A DNA stretch of 64,000 nucleotides from SAR324 cluster bacterium (GCA_002995645.1 PUHO01000005.1:77125-141124), one strand, 5' to 3'; positions 1-9,959 are shown, numbered from the stretch's first letter. Notes: a model not told the origin generated them from the letters alone. Made by a program: numbers and translations.

Positions 1-1
1 A

Positions 2-1432
2 TCAATCCAAGCTTTTTGGAATGCTTGGCAGTCGCTAAGTCATGAACCGGAAAGCGTTCCTTTACGTAAAGCACTTGCTCAAAAAGCCCAAGAATTGGTG
101 CAATCCTTTCATACAATTGACAATAAACTACAAACAGAAAGTGATAATATTACTATAAAACTCAACGATACGTTAAAAGAAATAAACGGCTTATCCTCTT
201 CTATTGCTAAAATAAACGGACAAATACAAAGTCTGGAACACAGGCATTTAGCGGCTAACGATTTACGTGATAAAAGAGAGCTTTTGTTGCAAAAACTATC
301 TAAACTACTCCACGTTCGTTACTACGAAAATAAAAGAGGCAACGTTAATATTGAAATGCCTAACGGTATGAATTTAGTACATGGAAATAAGAGTAATAAA
401 CTTCTCATTTCCACAGCCGGAAAAAATGAAGATGTCAAAATACTTTTACAATCACCGCCTAAAGTAGTTAACGAAGTTACAAACAGCATTAAAAGCGGCG
501 AAGTCAAGGCCTTGCTCGACCTTCGCAATATGGATATTAAAACAATACGAAAGCACCTTGACACAATGGCAATTAAAATTGCAGGACGAGTTAACTTTGC
601 CCATGCCGGTGGAACAGGTATTAATCGTTTCAAATCAACAGAAACAAGTTCTGTTAGCTTTACAAAAGAAACAACAGATCAACCTTTGCCGAATCTACTA
701 GACGGCAAATTTGGTTTAGTACTGTTTGATCCTTCAAAAAACGAAGACAAAACTATCAACGTTAATGTAGAAGCTGGCAAGGATTCATTAACTAGCATTG
801 CCAAGAAAATCAATAAAGCAGCCGGCGCATACAAACAGCCAACACAAGAACAAATAGAGCAAGCAAGAGAAAACAAAACAGAACCGCCTTTAATTTTAAA
901 AGAACATACACCACTAAAGGCTATTGTTAAAGACGGGAAGCTTTCTATTGTATCCGGTATGGGGTATCACTACATTCATGATGAAGACTCCTCAAATCTA
1001 TTTGCTAGTTTAGGAATTAATACTTTTTTTAAAGTAACCCATAATTCGGCAGATATTGACCTTAATGAAGATATTAAAAAAGACGAAATGAATATTGCCG
1101 CCGGATACGGGCTCGTTCCAAGTGATAACACCATTGCCAACAATATAGTAGAAGCTAAAGCAGAACGTTTATTCAATCAAGGCACTATGTCAGTTGACGA
1201 TTTTTATAATCAACAAATAAGCGATATTGGACTACAAATCCAAAACGCAAAAAAAGACCATAATAATCATAAAGAATTACTATCTCAATATAAAACCTTC
1301 CGCGACTCGGTTGCCGCCGTAAACTTAGATGAGGAAATGACAAATATGATGAAATACCAACGCGCTTACGAATCGTCTGCCAAATTTTTGAATACAATAG
1401 ATAGCATGACGCAAACATTAATACAAATGTAA
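2..1432 (+). CDS. flgK: Flagellar hook-associated protein 1 FlgK, 5'-truncated by the window edge
   Basis: The frame is open from nt 2 (SIQAFWNAWQSLSHEPES...), upstream of the tracked Met at 95. The C-terminus ...MTNMMKYQRAYESSAKFLNTIDSMTQTLIQM is the conserved flagellar hook/rod-family C-terminal helix. flgL follows 25 nt downstream. Confidence 0.85.
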   Translation, partial: SIQAFWNAWQSLSHEPESVPLRKALAQKAQELVQSFHTIDNKLQTESDNITIKLNDTLKEINGLSSSIAKINGQIQSLEHRHLAANDLRDKRELLLQKLSKLLHVRYYENKRGNVNIEMPNGMNLVHGNKSNKLLISTAGKNEDVKILLQSPPKVVNEVTNSIKSGEVKALLDLRNMDIKTIRKHLDTMAIKIAGRVNFAHAGGTGINRFKSTETSSVSFTKETTDQPLPNLLDGKFGLVLFDPSKNEDKTINVNVEAGKDSLTSIAKKINKAAGAYKQPTQEQIEQARENKTEPPLILKEHTPLKAIVKDGKLSIVSGMGYHYIHDEDSSNLFASLGINTFFKVTHNSADIDLNEDIKKDEMNIAAGYGLVPSDNTIANNIVEAKAERLFNQGTMSVDDFYNQQISDIGLQIQNAKKDHNNHKELLSQYKTFRDSVAAVNLDEEMTNMMKYQRAYESSAKFLNTIDSMTQTLIQM

Positions 1433-1457
1433 GCTTTAGCTATTTTTAGAGTACCTT

Positions 1458-3182
1458 ATGCGCATTACAGAACCATCAAAAGAACGTAGCGTTAAAGACA
1501 ACGTGACAAGAAACTCAGAAGAATTGCAAAATTTGCTTTCGCAAACTTCCAGCGGGAAACGTGTGTCTAAACCTTCTGACGATCCTATTGCCGCAGTTAA
1601 AATACAAGACTTTAAAACAACGATTGACCACACTAAGACCCTAGAAAAAAACATTGCTTCCGACCAAGTTTGGGTTAACAAATCAGAAGACACAGTAAAA
1701 AGTATTAGCGATTTATTACTTCGCGTTAAAACACTAGGCTTACAAGGTGCCAACGACGCTATGCCTCTTGCTTCTCGTCAAAGTATTGCAAATGAATTAA
1801 AAGGAATTACCGAAAATTTAGTAAATCTTTCCAATACAAAACTAAATAATTTATACATGTTTTCCGGTACAAAAACTTTCACTCAACCGTTACACTTTAA
1901 CAAAGCACTCACAAAAGGATCGTTTGGCTTTTCAGGTATATATTTAAAAAGTAAAGCAACGTTTCTGCCTGTAAATCGTAATAAACCACTTGGTTTAACA
2001 AAACCATCTGAATTAACAGATGATGACAAGGATAAACTTTATCAACTAACGTTTACACTTCGTAAACAAGATCCTATTACAAAGCAAGTTTTACCGCTAA
2101 CAAAAGATAATCAGCCAATTACAGTAAATATTCCTTTAACAGGAAACGAAACTATACAAGATGTGATTGATGAAATTAACAAAGCGGCAATTAAACAAGG
2201 AAATTATAAAGAAAATGAAGGAGCACCTCTTGGATTTGACGTCAATTTCTACTCAAAATTAAATAAAAACAATGAATTCGCTATTTTCACCTCACCTGAG
2301 TGGAATATATCTATTAATCAGCAAGATCCTAGTGGCTTATTAAAAAAACTACAAATATATAATCCCTCAACAGGCAAGCAAGTTTTAGACAATGTTGACG
2401 GATCGCCTGATCAAGCGGCAGAAACCGTATCTAGTGAAATTGCACACAATCAAGAAATAATTCTAAACGATAAAATAAAAGCAACGTTTCACGGATATTC
2501 AAACGAAAAATACTTACTCAATGTCCTTAAAGGCGGGCATTACGGAGAAGCTCTCTATATTATTAGCGATGACGGTGGTAAAACATGGTCTGAGCCTAAA
2601 GTATTAAATAAAAAAATAGAAGTTTCCAATCCAGATGGAAAACCAAGTCGCAAGCTTACGCTTTCTTTTGATTCAGAAGAAAAAGATCCTTACTTTATGG
2701 AAGGCTTAGAAGTCTATTTCAAAGGAAATGAATACGCTTTATATGAAGGCAATAAGCAAGATAAGTCCGTTGTTCTTGATAACAATGTTAAAGCGTCGCT
2801 TAACACAAATGCACACGACTTATTTTTTGCTGGAGATGATAAAGATCGACTTAATGTATTTGAAACCTTATATGGTCTACAAATTGCATTAAATGAAGAT
2901 GATACTGCCAATATTAACAAAAGTCTTAACGAATTAGATCAATCAATAAATCAAATTCTACGTCAAAGAGAAAATATTGCCAAAGTATCATTAGAACTTA
3001 AAAACAGTAAATTAAGAGTACAACAAGACTCGGATTCTGCTTTTAAGGGATTAGCAAAAGAAGAAGATTTAGACGTTGCTAAAGCTTCTATGGAAATTAA
3101 CAATGCAGAGAATAGGCATCAAATTGCGCTGAATACTTCGGCGAAACTTATTCAACCGACATTACTTAATTTCTTACGCTAA
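1458..3182 (+). CDS. flgL: Flagellar hook-filament junction protein FlgL (HAP3) with a large central insert
   Basis: Flagellin-type N-terminal helix (MRITEPSKERSVKDNVTRNSEELQNLLSQTSSGKRVSKPSDDPIAA) and C-terminal helix (...NRHQIALNTSAKLIQPTLLNFLR). It sits directly after flgK. At 574 aa it is far longer than the roughly 300-aa classical FlgL. Confidence 0.8.
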   Translation: MRITEPSKERSVKDNVTRNSEELQNLLSQTSSGKRVSKPSDDPIAAVKIQDFKTTIDHTKTLEKNIASDQVWVNKSEDTVKSISDLLLRVKTLGLQGANDAMPLASRQSIANELKGITENLVNLSNTKLNNLYMFSGTKTFTQPLHFNKALTKGSFGFSGIYLKSKATFLPVNRNKPLGLTKPSELTDDDKDKLYQLTFTLRKQDPITKQVLPLTKDNQPITVNIPLTGNETIQDVIDEINKAAIKQGNYKENEGAPLGFDVNFYSKLNKNNEFAIFTSPEWNISINQQDPSGLLKKLQIYNPSTGKQVLDNVDGSPDQAAETVSSEIAHNQEIILNDKIKATFHGYSNEKYLLNVLKGGHYGEALYIISDDGGKTWSEPKVLNKKIEVSNPDGKPSRKLTLSFDSEEKDPYFMEGLEVYFKGNEYALYEGNKQDKSVVLDNNVKASLNTNAHDLFFAGDDKDRLNVFETLYGLQIALNEDDTANINKSLNELDQSINQILRQRENIAKVSLELKNSKLRVQQDSDSAFKGLAKEEDLDVAKASMEINNAENRHQIALNTSAKLIQPTLLNFLR

Positions 3183-3257
3183 AAATAAATAAAACGATAT
3201 TAAAAGCTTACTAACGATAAAGAATTCTTTGAGTTAGTGCACCAAGGAAGGTTATAT

Positions 3258-3512
3258 ATGCTTATTCTTACAAGAAAAATAGGAGAAAGTATCAATATAG
3301 GTACTGAAATAAAAATTCAACTTATTGATATAAAAGGAAAACAAGTGCGAATTGGAATTGAAGCACCTGTTAACTATCCTATTCACAGAGAAGAAATTTA
3401 TCAAAAAATATTAGAGGAAAATAAATCCGCAGCGACTACTTCTTCTGATATCAATGAATTTTCTAAACAGTGGAAAGCAAGAAGTGGCAAAGAAAAGGAA
3501 TTCGATAAATAA
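3258..3512 (+). CDS. csrA: Carbon storage regulator CsrA, FliW-partnered type with a C-terminal extension
   Basis: [48 protein letters not shown] is a canonical CsrA core. A GGAAGG Shine-Dalgarno (3246-3251) lies 6 nt before ATG 3258, so I prefer this start to the tracked GTG at 3237. fliW is adjacent. Confidence 0.9.
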   Translation: MLILTRKIGESINIGTEIKIQLIDIKGKQVRIGIEAPVNYPIHREEIYQKILEENKSAATTSSDINEFSKQWKARSGKEKEFDK

Positions 3513-3539
3513 TTTAACTATTTTATTTAAAGGTTGTTT

Positions 3540-4022
3540 ATGAAATACCAAACCATTCGTTTTGGAGAAATTGACGTTACTCCAGACAAAATTATAACTT
3601 TACCGGAGGGAATATTAGGTTTTCCTAATTGCACGAAATTTACTTTATTACAAGATAAGAAAATTGCTCCTTTTCAGGTTTTTCAATCTCTTGACTTTGC
3701 AAGTCTATCTTTTATTGTTGTAAATCCTCAAATTATTCGACCAGATTATCACTTTGATATAACGCAAAGCTCGCTAGCTCGTATCAACACAGATAGCCTA
3801 GAAAACTTAATTGTACTAGTAATTTTAACTATGTCTAAGAATATTAGTAATATTACGGCTAACCTACAAGGTCCGCTTATTATTAATACTAAAGACAGGC
3901 TAGCTTTTCAATCTGTCCTTGTAGACACAGAATACACAACAAAAGAACCAATTATGTTGTCGCCTGAACAAGGAATTGAACAACAAGAAGAACAAGACAA
4001 CAACCAATCCACTGGTAGTTAA
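3540..4022 (+). CDS. fliW: Flagellar assembly factor FliW (CsrA antagonist)
   Basis: MKYQTIRFGEIDVTPDKIITLPEGILGFPNCTKFTLL matches the FliW N-terminus. I prefer ATG 3540, preceded by AAGG, over the tracked TTG at 3534. It is adjacent to csrA and the flagellar genes. Confidence 0.9.
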   Translation: MKYQTIRFGEIDVTPDKIITLPEGILGFPNCTKFTLLQDKKIAPFQVFQSLDFASLSFIVVNPQIIRPDYHFDITQSSLARINTDSLENLIVLVILTMSKNISNITANLQGPLIINTKDRLAFQSVLVDTEYTTKEPIMLSPEQGIEQQEEQDNNQSTGS

Positions 4023-4036
4023 TCTTGCGAACGTAG

Positions 4037-4058
4037 GCATACATATTATTATGTATGC
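4037..4058 (+). terminator. Putative hairpin terminator after fliW
   Basis: Perfect 9-bp inverted repeat GCATACATA / TATGTATGC with a 4-nt loop, 15 nt after the fliW stop. The downstream T-tract is weak (TTATGC). Confidence 0.4.
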
Positions 4059-4224
4059 TTATGCTATATCCTAAACTAGCCCACCTTTTCATCACTAAAA
4101 GCCTTTCTCTCATATAGAGACGTTAACTTTCTTGCAATATCTAAGAATAATCTATTCACATTGATAAGAATATTTTATTTGTAATAAGACCAAGCCTGTT
4201 TGCTAAGCAAATTAGAAACTTTAA

Positions 4225-5772
4225 TTAGTCCTTACTTTTTGTTTTTTCTGTAATATGATAAACGGTAGCATCGTCTTCTATCTTGTCATCACCAAGAGTT
4301 AAGTCGTCTTCTACTTCTATATCTAACGGCGTTGCCTTTAATGTTTCTTGTAACATATCAGACAAAGAGGTTTCAAATGTGGTTTCTTTTTGGACTCGTG
4401 ATAAAACGTCTAGGTTACTTTGTTTATTTATAATAGAATAAGCCTGCTCACCAAGTAAATCGGAAAGCTCATTATTCTCAACAAGATGAGCATCTGAAAG
4501 CTTGCCAATATTGCCAATAAAACTAGCAACCGTATAAATCTCACCACTAGGAGCAAACTTAGCGCAAAAAGAAGCCGCATCAAAAGCATTACCTATAATA
4601 CTTTGACGATTTATAGACTGAGCTAATCTTCCCATTAATAAACTAGAATTTGCTATTCCTATACTAAAATCAATACTGCTATTCTTAAATAATTTTTTTT
4701 CCTTTGCTTCATAAGCTAGCCAACTTTGCAAAGCAACTGCCGTATTCATTGCTTGTTGATTCTTATCTGATCTATCAAAATACATATGTAACGTATTGCC
4801 TAGAAAACCAATAACAGAACCTTGTTGCTCTTGTACTACTTTTTCAACTTTAGCAACCCAATCATATAAAAAATCATATGACTTTTTATGTTTATTACTA
4901 ATAACGTGTTTATGAAAATTTTGAATATACAAACAAACGTACACAGCGTCAAAATGGCGCACAGTAAGTCGACTAGGAAGTCCTATATTTTGGCTTTCTA
5001 TCGGCTTAGACGGTTCCGCCGTTTCTTTCATAGTTTGCATTTTAGAAGCTACTTGATTAAACGTATCTACAAGAAAATGATTACGCTTTTGCGGCACTCG
5101 CACACTGAAATCATCTTGTAATAAACACCGTAGCCCTTCATATACCTGAAATTGTGGCAATGAAAAAATAAAAACAAAAAACAGAATAATACAAATAGCC
5201 AACAGAAGAAACAAGAAAGTAATCCACCAAAGTTGCGTAGCCATATTATCTAAGATATAGTTATAACTTAACATAACTTCAACTACGTCTTGCAACTCCA
5301 CGCCACTAGCGCGTACGCCTCTAACATGATATAAAACTTGTATTGTACGATATTGCTTACTATCTTTTTGGTATATAATACGATATGATTGTTGCGGTTG
5401 ATCCATTAATTTAAAAATCTTATTTCGTAAACCGTTGCGAATCAACTTAGATTCTAAATTAGCATGTGTACTAATCTTAAAATAACCGTTATTAATAACG
5501 GATAAACTAACAAATTGACTCCCATTAACCGCCGCTTGTTTCTCCAAAGATTTTAACATAACGTCGGCTTCTGTAAGATCGCCTTGATGTCTTTCCACTG
5601 AATCAGCAATTAAAGCTGCTGTTTGCAAAGCGTATTGTTGTAATTTTTGAATTTCTCCTTCACTCATAGACGGAAGAAAAAACAGCCTCATAATAACGGC
5701 AACTACAATAATAAAACTACAAATACTTAACGCTACATGCCAAGAAATTTTATTTTGTTCTGCAAATCGCAT
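4225..5772 (-). CDS. Membrane sensor protein with a HAMP-like linker and a degenerate class III nucleotidyl-cyclase homology domain
   Basis: It has an N-terminal TM, a roughly 150-aa extracytoplasmic region and a second TM (LWWITFLFLLLAICIILFFVFIF). The C-terminal region follows the cyclase-homology pattern (AVYVCLYIQNFHKHV ... IGFLGNTLHMYF ... SIGIANSSLLMG). The two metal-binding Asp positions appear substituted. Confidence 0.5.
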   Translation of the reverse strand: MRFAEQNKISWHVALSICSFIIVVAVIMRLFFLPSMSEGEIQKLQQYALQTAALIADSVERHQGDLTEADVMLKSLEKQAAVNGSQFVSLSVINNGYFKISTHANLESKLIRNGLRNKIFKLMDQPQQSYRIIYQKDSKQYRTIQVLYHVRGVRASGVELQDVVEVMLSYNYILDNMATQLWWITFLFLLLAICIILFFVFIFSLPQFQVYEGLRCLLQDDFSVRVPQKRNHFLVDTFNQVASKMQTMKETAEPSKPIESQNIGLPSRLTVRHFDAVYVCLYIQNFHKHVISNKHKKSYDFLYDWVAKVEKVVQEQQGSVIGFLGNTLHMYFDRSDKNQQAMNTAVALQSWLAYEAKEKKLFKNSSIDFSIGIANSSLLMGRLAQSINRQSIIGNAFDAASFCAKFAPSGEIYTVASFIGNIGKLSDAHLVENNELSDLLGEQAYSIINKQSNLDVLSRVQKETTFETSLSDMLQETLKATPLDIEVEDDLTLGDDKIEDDATVYHITEKTKSKD

Positions 5773-5794
5773 ATAATTCCTATTAATTATTTAA

Positions 5795-7543
5795 TTAGCT
5801 TTTTTTAGATTCCATATCAGTAAACACAACGCGATACATTTCATCTATCGTCGTGAGCCCTTGTAATATTTTTTCACAACAAGCATAACGTAGTGTAATC
5901 ATATTTTCTTTTAATGCTATACTACGTAATTGCGCAGCATTATCACCGCGCATAATCCCTTGCCGTATATTGTCACTCACTTGAAGTAATTCAAAAATAC
6001 CAACACGCCCTTTGTATCCTGTATGGCGACATTCTTCACATCCATTTCCGGCATATAAAACACCTTGGTAATCTTGTAAAAGGTCTTCCGGGAAATCCAT
6101 TTGTAATAGTTCTTCTTTCATATAAGGAACAGGAGCACGACATTTATCACAAATTTTACGTACTAAACGTTGCGCTAAAATAGCCGTAACCGTACTACTA
6201 ACTAAAAAAGGTTCTATTCCCATATCAATCAGACGAACTACACTAGAAGCCGAATCATTCGTATGTAAGGTACTAAAAACTAAATGCCCTGTTAGCGCTG
6301 ATTGAATAGCAATTTGAGAAGTTTCCGCGTCTCTCATCTCCCCAACCATAATAATATCCGGATCTTGACGTAACATAGCACGTAACCCTTTCGCAAAAGT
6401 AACGCCTAGCTTTTCATTAACTTGCATCTGTCCGTATAAATCAATCTGGTATTCAACAGGATCTTCAATAGTAACAATATTTTTTTCTTCCGCATTAATT
6501 TGTTGCAAAGCCGAGTACAAAGTTGTTGTTTTTCCCGAACCTGTTGGACCGGTCACTAACACAATACCGTGCGGTTGCGAAATACTATGTAACAAAGCTT
6601 CGTATACTTTTTGCGGCATTCCCACCTCAGACAAAGCGGTAAGACCTTGTCCTTGATGTAATAAACGAAGCACCGCTTGTTCCCCATGTGCCGTTGGAAT
6701 AATAGACACACGAATATCCACTTTCTTACCGGCAAGCATAACCATAGAACGCCCGTCTTGCGGTTGATTTTTAACGGAAATATCCAACTTAGACATAACC
6801 TTTATTCTGTTGATTAAAGGCATATGCGCCGCACGCGGTACTTTTGTAACTAAATGTAAAACGCCGTCTATCCTATTTCGTACAAGCGTTTCTTTTGAAA
6901 GTGGCGTAACATGTACGTCTGACGCACCGTCTTTAAGCGTTTGAAATAAAATAGAGTTCATTAAACGTTTAATTGGCTCTTCGTCATCAACGTCAAGAAG
7001 ATCTTCCGTTTCTGCAACGCCTAGTTCACTTAATTGCAGTAAGTCTTCATCTTCTTCCAAAATCTCGGCGGCTTCTTCTGCTGATCCGGCACTTCGATCA
7101 TAGGTACGATTTAAAACGTTAATAATTTCCACACTTTTTGTTAGCGTAATGCTAAACATATCATAGCCTAATTCTAGCGCTAATTGTTCATATGGAAAAG
7201 AAGGATATATATCAGCTACGGCAATAAAAAGAGTATTAGCTTCCACTAGATAGGGATAGCATAAAAATTTCTTTAAAAATCGTAAAGCTATTTTTTCAGT
7301 ACAATGTTTACGCAACTCTGGCGACGCATCTGGCAATTTATCAAGATAAGGCAACTTGAAAATACTAGCAACAATTTTTTGAAAATCTTGTTCTTTAATC
7401 AAGTCTGATTTTAAAAGCTGTTCTTTAAAATCATGATTTCTTTGCCTACTACGTTCTACTATCGAATCTAGCTGTTCTTTAGGAGCTAATTTTTTAGTAA
7501 GAATCGCTTCAACAATCTGATCTTCAATTAAAGGATACGACAT
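5795..7543 (-). CDS. GspE/PilB-family secretion ATPase (type II secretion or type IV pilus assembly)
   Basis: Walker A VTGPTGSGKTTTLYSAL; Asp/His boxes (IMVGEMRD, GHLVFSTLHTN); tetracysteine motif CDKC...CEECRHTGYKGRVGIFELL; N-terminal T2SSE_N-like domain. Confidence 0.9.
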   Translation of the reverse strand: MSYPLIEDQIVEAILTKKLAPKEQLDSIVERSRQRNHDFKEQLLKSDLIKEQDFQKIVASIFKLPYLDKLPDASPELRKHCTEKIALRFLKKFLCYPYLVEANTLFIAVADIYPSFPYEQLALELGYDMFSITLTKSVEIINVLNRTYDRSAGSAEEAAEILEEDEDLLQLSELGVAETEDLLDVDDEEPIKRLMNSILFQTLKDGASDVHVTPLSKETLVRNRIDGVLHLVTKVPRAAHMPLINRIKVMSKLDISVKNQPQDGRSMVMLAGKKVDIRVSIIPTAHGEQAVLRLLHQGQGLTALSEVGMPQKVYEALLHSISQPHGIVLVTGPTGSGKTTTLYSALQQINAEEKNIVTIEDPVEYQIDLYGQMQVNEKLGVTFAKGLRAMLRQDPDIIMVGEMRDAETSQIAIQSALTGHLVFSTLHTNDSASSVVRLIDMGIEPFLVSSTVTAILAQRLVRKICDKCRAPVPYMKEELLQMDFPEDLLQDYQGVLYAGNGCEECRHTGYKGRVGIFELLQVSDNIRQGIMRGDNAAQLRSIALKENMITLRYACCEKILQGLTTIDEMYRVVFTDMESKKS

Positions 7544-7566
7544 AATTTAATAATAAAAATGTAATG

Positions 7567-8379
7567 TTAAAAAGCTCTTTTTTCTTTTTTACGCAAAGTA
7601 TGATTAATACCTGTATCTCGTTGAAATTGTATTAATTCATGTAAAGTTTTAATTTGTTTATCTGCAAGTTTCTTTAAAAATTGTTGCAAGTAAAAAGCGG
7701 CGGCTTCCACATCTGGCATGGCTCTATGTCTATTAATTAAAGGATATTCAAAATGCTTAGACAAGCCTTTAATGCCACAAGATCGAACGTTAGGCAACAA
7801 CTTTCTTGCCAAGCGAAACGTACATATTTCTATATAAGGATCTAAATAAGGCAAGTCTTCTTGTTTTAAAACATGATTTAAAAATAAAAAATCAAATTTA
7901 GAATTATGCGCAACAAAAACACTTCCTTTTACAAATTCACTAAACAAAAGAATAACTTCATGAATAGTCGCAGCCCCGGCAACGTCAGCATCTGTAATAT
8001 GCGTTAATTTTTGGATATTCGTAGGAATACGCTGCTCCGGATTAACTAACATACTAAACGAATCAATTAATTGCCCGTCTTTTACTTTTTGAGCTGCAAT
8101 TTCAATAACTTTATCCTTTCCCATAATAGGACCGGTCGTTTCTATATCTGTAATTACAAAACTAGTGTCCTTAATAGATTGATTTGCAACAAAATAAGAA
8201 AGATCCGTTATTTGCCATCTGTCTTCTGCCGTTTGTATATACTTACTATCAGTTTCTAGGGTTCGCTTAATGTCTTGTATTTTAATATGTCTAAAATAGC
8301 TACGTAAAAATATAGCAATACTGTTAATATGCAATTCTTTTGTGCTATGAAATAAAAGATAAAAAAGCATTTCTTGCAT
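7567..8379 (-). CDS. DEDDh 3'-5' exonuclease (DNA polymerase III epsilon-like) with an N-terminal extra domain
   Basis: Exo I FVITDIETTG, Exo II VAHNSKFDFLFL and Exo III HRAMPDVEAAA motifs. Confidence 0.8.
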   Translation of the reverse strand: MQEMLFYLLFHSTKELHINSIAIFLRSYFRHIKIQDIKRTLETDSKYIQTAEDRWQITDLSYFVANQSIKDTSFVITDIETTGPIMGKDKVIEIAAQKVKDGQLIDSFSMLVNPEQRIPTNIQKLTHITDADVAGAATIHEVILLFSEFVKGSVFVAHNSKFDFLFLNHVLKQEDLPYLDPYIEICTFRLARKLLPNVRSCGIKGLSKHFEYPLINRHRAMPDVEAAAFYLQQFLKKLADKQIKTLHELIQFQRDTGINHTLRKKEKRAF

Positions 8380-8486
8380 AAATATTCCAGTATAATGTCA
8401 ATATAGTTTTGTATTTACTTTACTAAATTTTCATATACTATAGCAAGTCATCTTTATAAAATCGTACGTTCCGTTGTCAAAACCGC

Positions 8487-9911
8487 TTATTTATTTGCTT
8501 TATGCGTTAAATATTTCAAGATTTCTCTTCTTGATTTTGGCATAACAACAGATTGTAACCAATCTTGTGTAGGGAAAATGTGGGGATCTGTTTGTACTGA
8601 AATAAACATACCGTCTTCTAATAATTTTTCAGAAGGATAAAAAACTTGATCAATCACACCGCCACTACAATGCAAGCCTACTTCTGTGTGAATAGAAAAA
8701 GCAAAATCTAAAACAGTAGCACCGTAACGAAATTCTTTAATATCGCCTTTTTCCGTAAAAACTTGTATTAATTTTTGTTTGTTACGAAGAAAAATATCGT
8801 CTATACGTAAATCTTTATATCGATTGGAAGCATCGTGTAACGTATCAAAATATATTTCAAGAAAATTTTTATATAATGCAGAGGTATACGTTTTTTCTCG
8901 CATTAAAGCTAACACCCCCATACGATTTGTATTATAAAACCTAGAAGTCATAATGTGAAAGGTCATAGGAATACCGTCTATCACCACTTGTGTAATAAGC
9001 GCACGCCAACCGTTTGCCATTGGATTAGATACATAATCACGTAAAGACAAAGGAATTGACACAAAATTAGTATGTAATAAACCAAGTACTTTGTAACAAT
9101 CTTCTACTTCTTTCGTTTTAATAATAATTTTATCAAATGATTTTTGTACGTTTTGATAGGATTTATTCAAAATCAAATCACTTACTTTCGTATATTCAGG
9201 ACGAATAGAATCAATAATTGTATCCGGCAATAACTCTACTAGGATTTTTAAAATAATCTCTAGTACTCCTTCGCTACTTGCTTGTACTTGCGCTAGTCTA
9301 GAAGCAATCCTCGCATACAGCTGAGGATATAAACAAGCATACGAACGATTACGTAATTCAGTGGCTAACTCACTCGTCCCTAAGCCTTCTGCTATTTCAC
9401 TATACACAAGCAAAGTTTCTCGTGTAATCTTTTTCTGTTTTGCACGACGTAAAGCTTTTATTTCTAGTAGATTATCTAATCTATCTATAAGCTTAATAAT
9501 AATAATACGAACGTCGTACATACCTCCTTCAATTATCTTGTACCAAGTTAAATTCTGTGATTCTTTAACTTTAGTCAAAGCTTTCACCATATGAAGTACA
9601 GTAGGTCCGAACTTTTCTTCTATTGTCTCTGGAGAAACGTTAGAATCTTCAATAACATCGTGTAAAAGGCAAACAATAATACTTTCAATATCAAGTAAAT
9701 ATTCGCTTGCTGTTAACGCCATGCGTAACGGATGGATAATATAAGGGACCCCGCTTTTACGCAATTGCCCTTCATGCGCTTTTTCAGCAAATTCAATTGC
9801 TTGTTGCACACGTTTTAACTCTAGCCCCGAATCTAAACTATGTCGTTGTATGGATATAGTTAACTTCCTTTTACATTCTTCTAAAGTAACTAAATTGCTT
9901 AGCAAAATCAT
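8487..9911 (-). CDS. Truncated long RelA/SpoT homologue: intact HD hydrolase, degenerate synthetase, TGS domain, no C-terminal ZFD/ACT region
   Basis: HD domain: FAEKAHEGQLRKSGVPYIIHPLRMA...LLHDVIEDS. The synthetase-like block CYKVLGLLHTNF...DYVSNPMANGWRALITQVV...TFHIMT aligns to CYxxLGxxH...DYIxxPKxNGYQSLHT...EVQIRT with key residues changed. TGS-like block: IQVFTEKGDIKEFRYGATVLDFAFSIHTEVG. Confidence 0.8.
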   Translation of the reverse strand: MILLSNLVTLEECKRKLTISIQRHSLDSGLELKRVQQAIEFAEKAHEGQLRKSGVPYIIHPLRMALTASEYLLDIESIIVCLLHDVIEDSNVSPETIEEKFGPTVLHMVKALTKVKESQNLTWYKIIEGGMYDVRIIIIKLIDRLDNLLEIKALRRAKQKKITRETLLVYSEIAEGLGTSELATELRNRSYACLYPQLYARIASRLAQVQASSEGVLEIILKILVELLPDTIIDSIRPEYTKVSDLILNKSYQNVQKSFDKIIIKTKEVEDCYKVLGLLHTNFVSIPLSLRDYVSNPMANGWRALITQVVIDGIPMTFHIMTSRFYNTNRMGVLALMREKTYTSALYKNFLEIYFDTLHDASNRYKDLRIDDIFLRNKQKLIQVFTEKGDIKEFRYGATVLDFAFSIHTEVGLHCSGGVIDQVFYPSEKLLEDGMFISVQTDPHIFPTQDWLQSVVMPKSRREILKYLTHKANK

Positions 9912-9959
9912 TTAAATCCTAGCTATAATTTTATTAAAATCAAAAACGTATAATATAAA

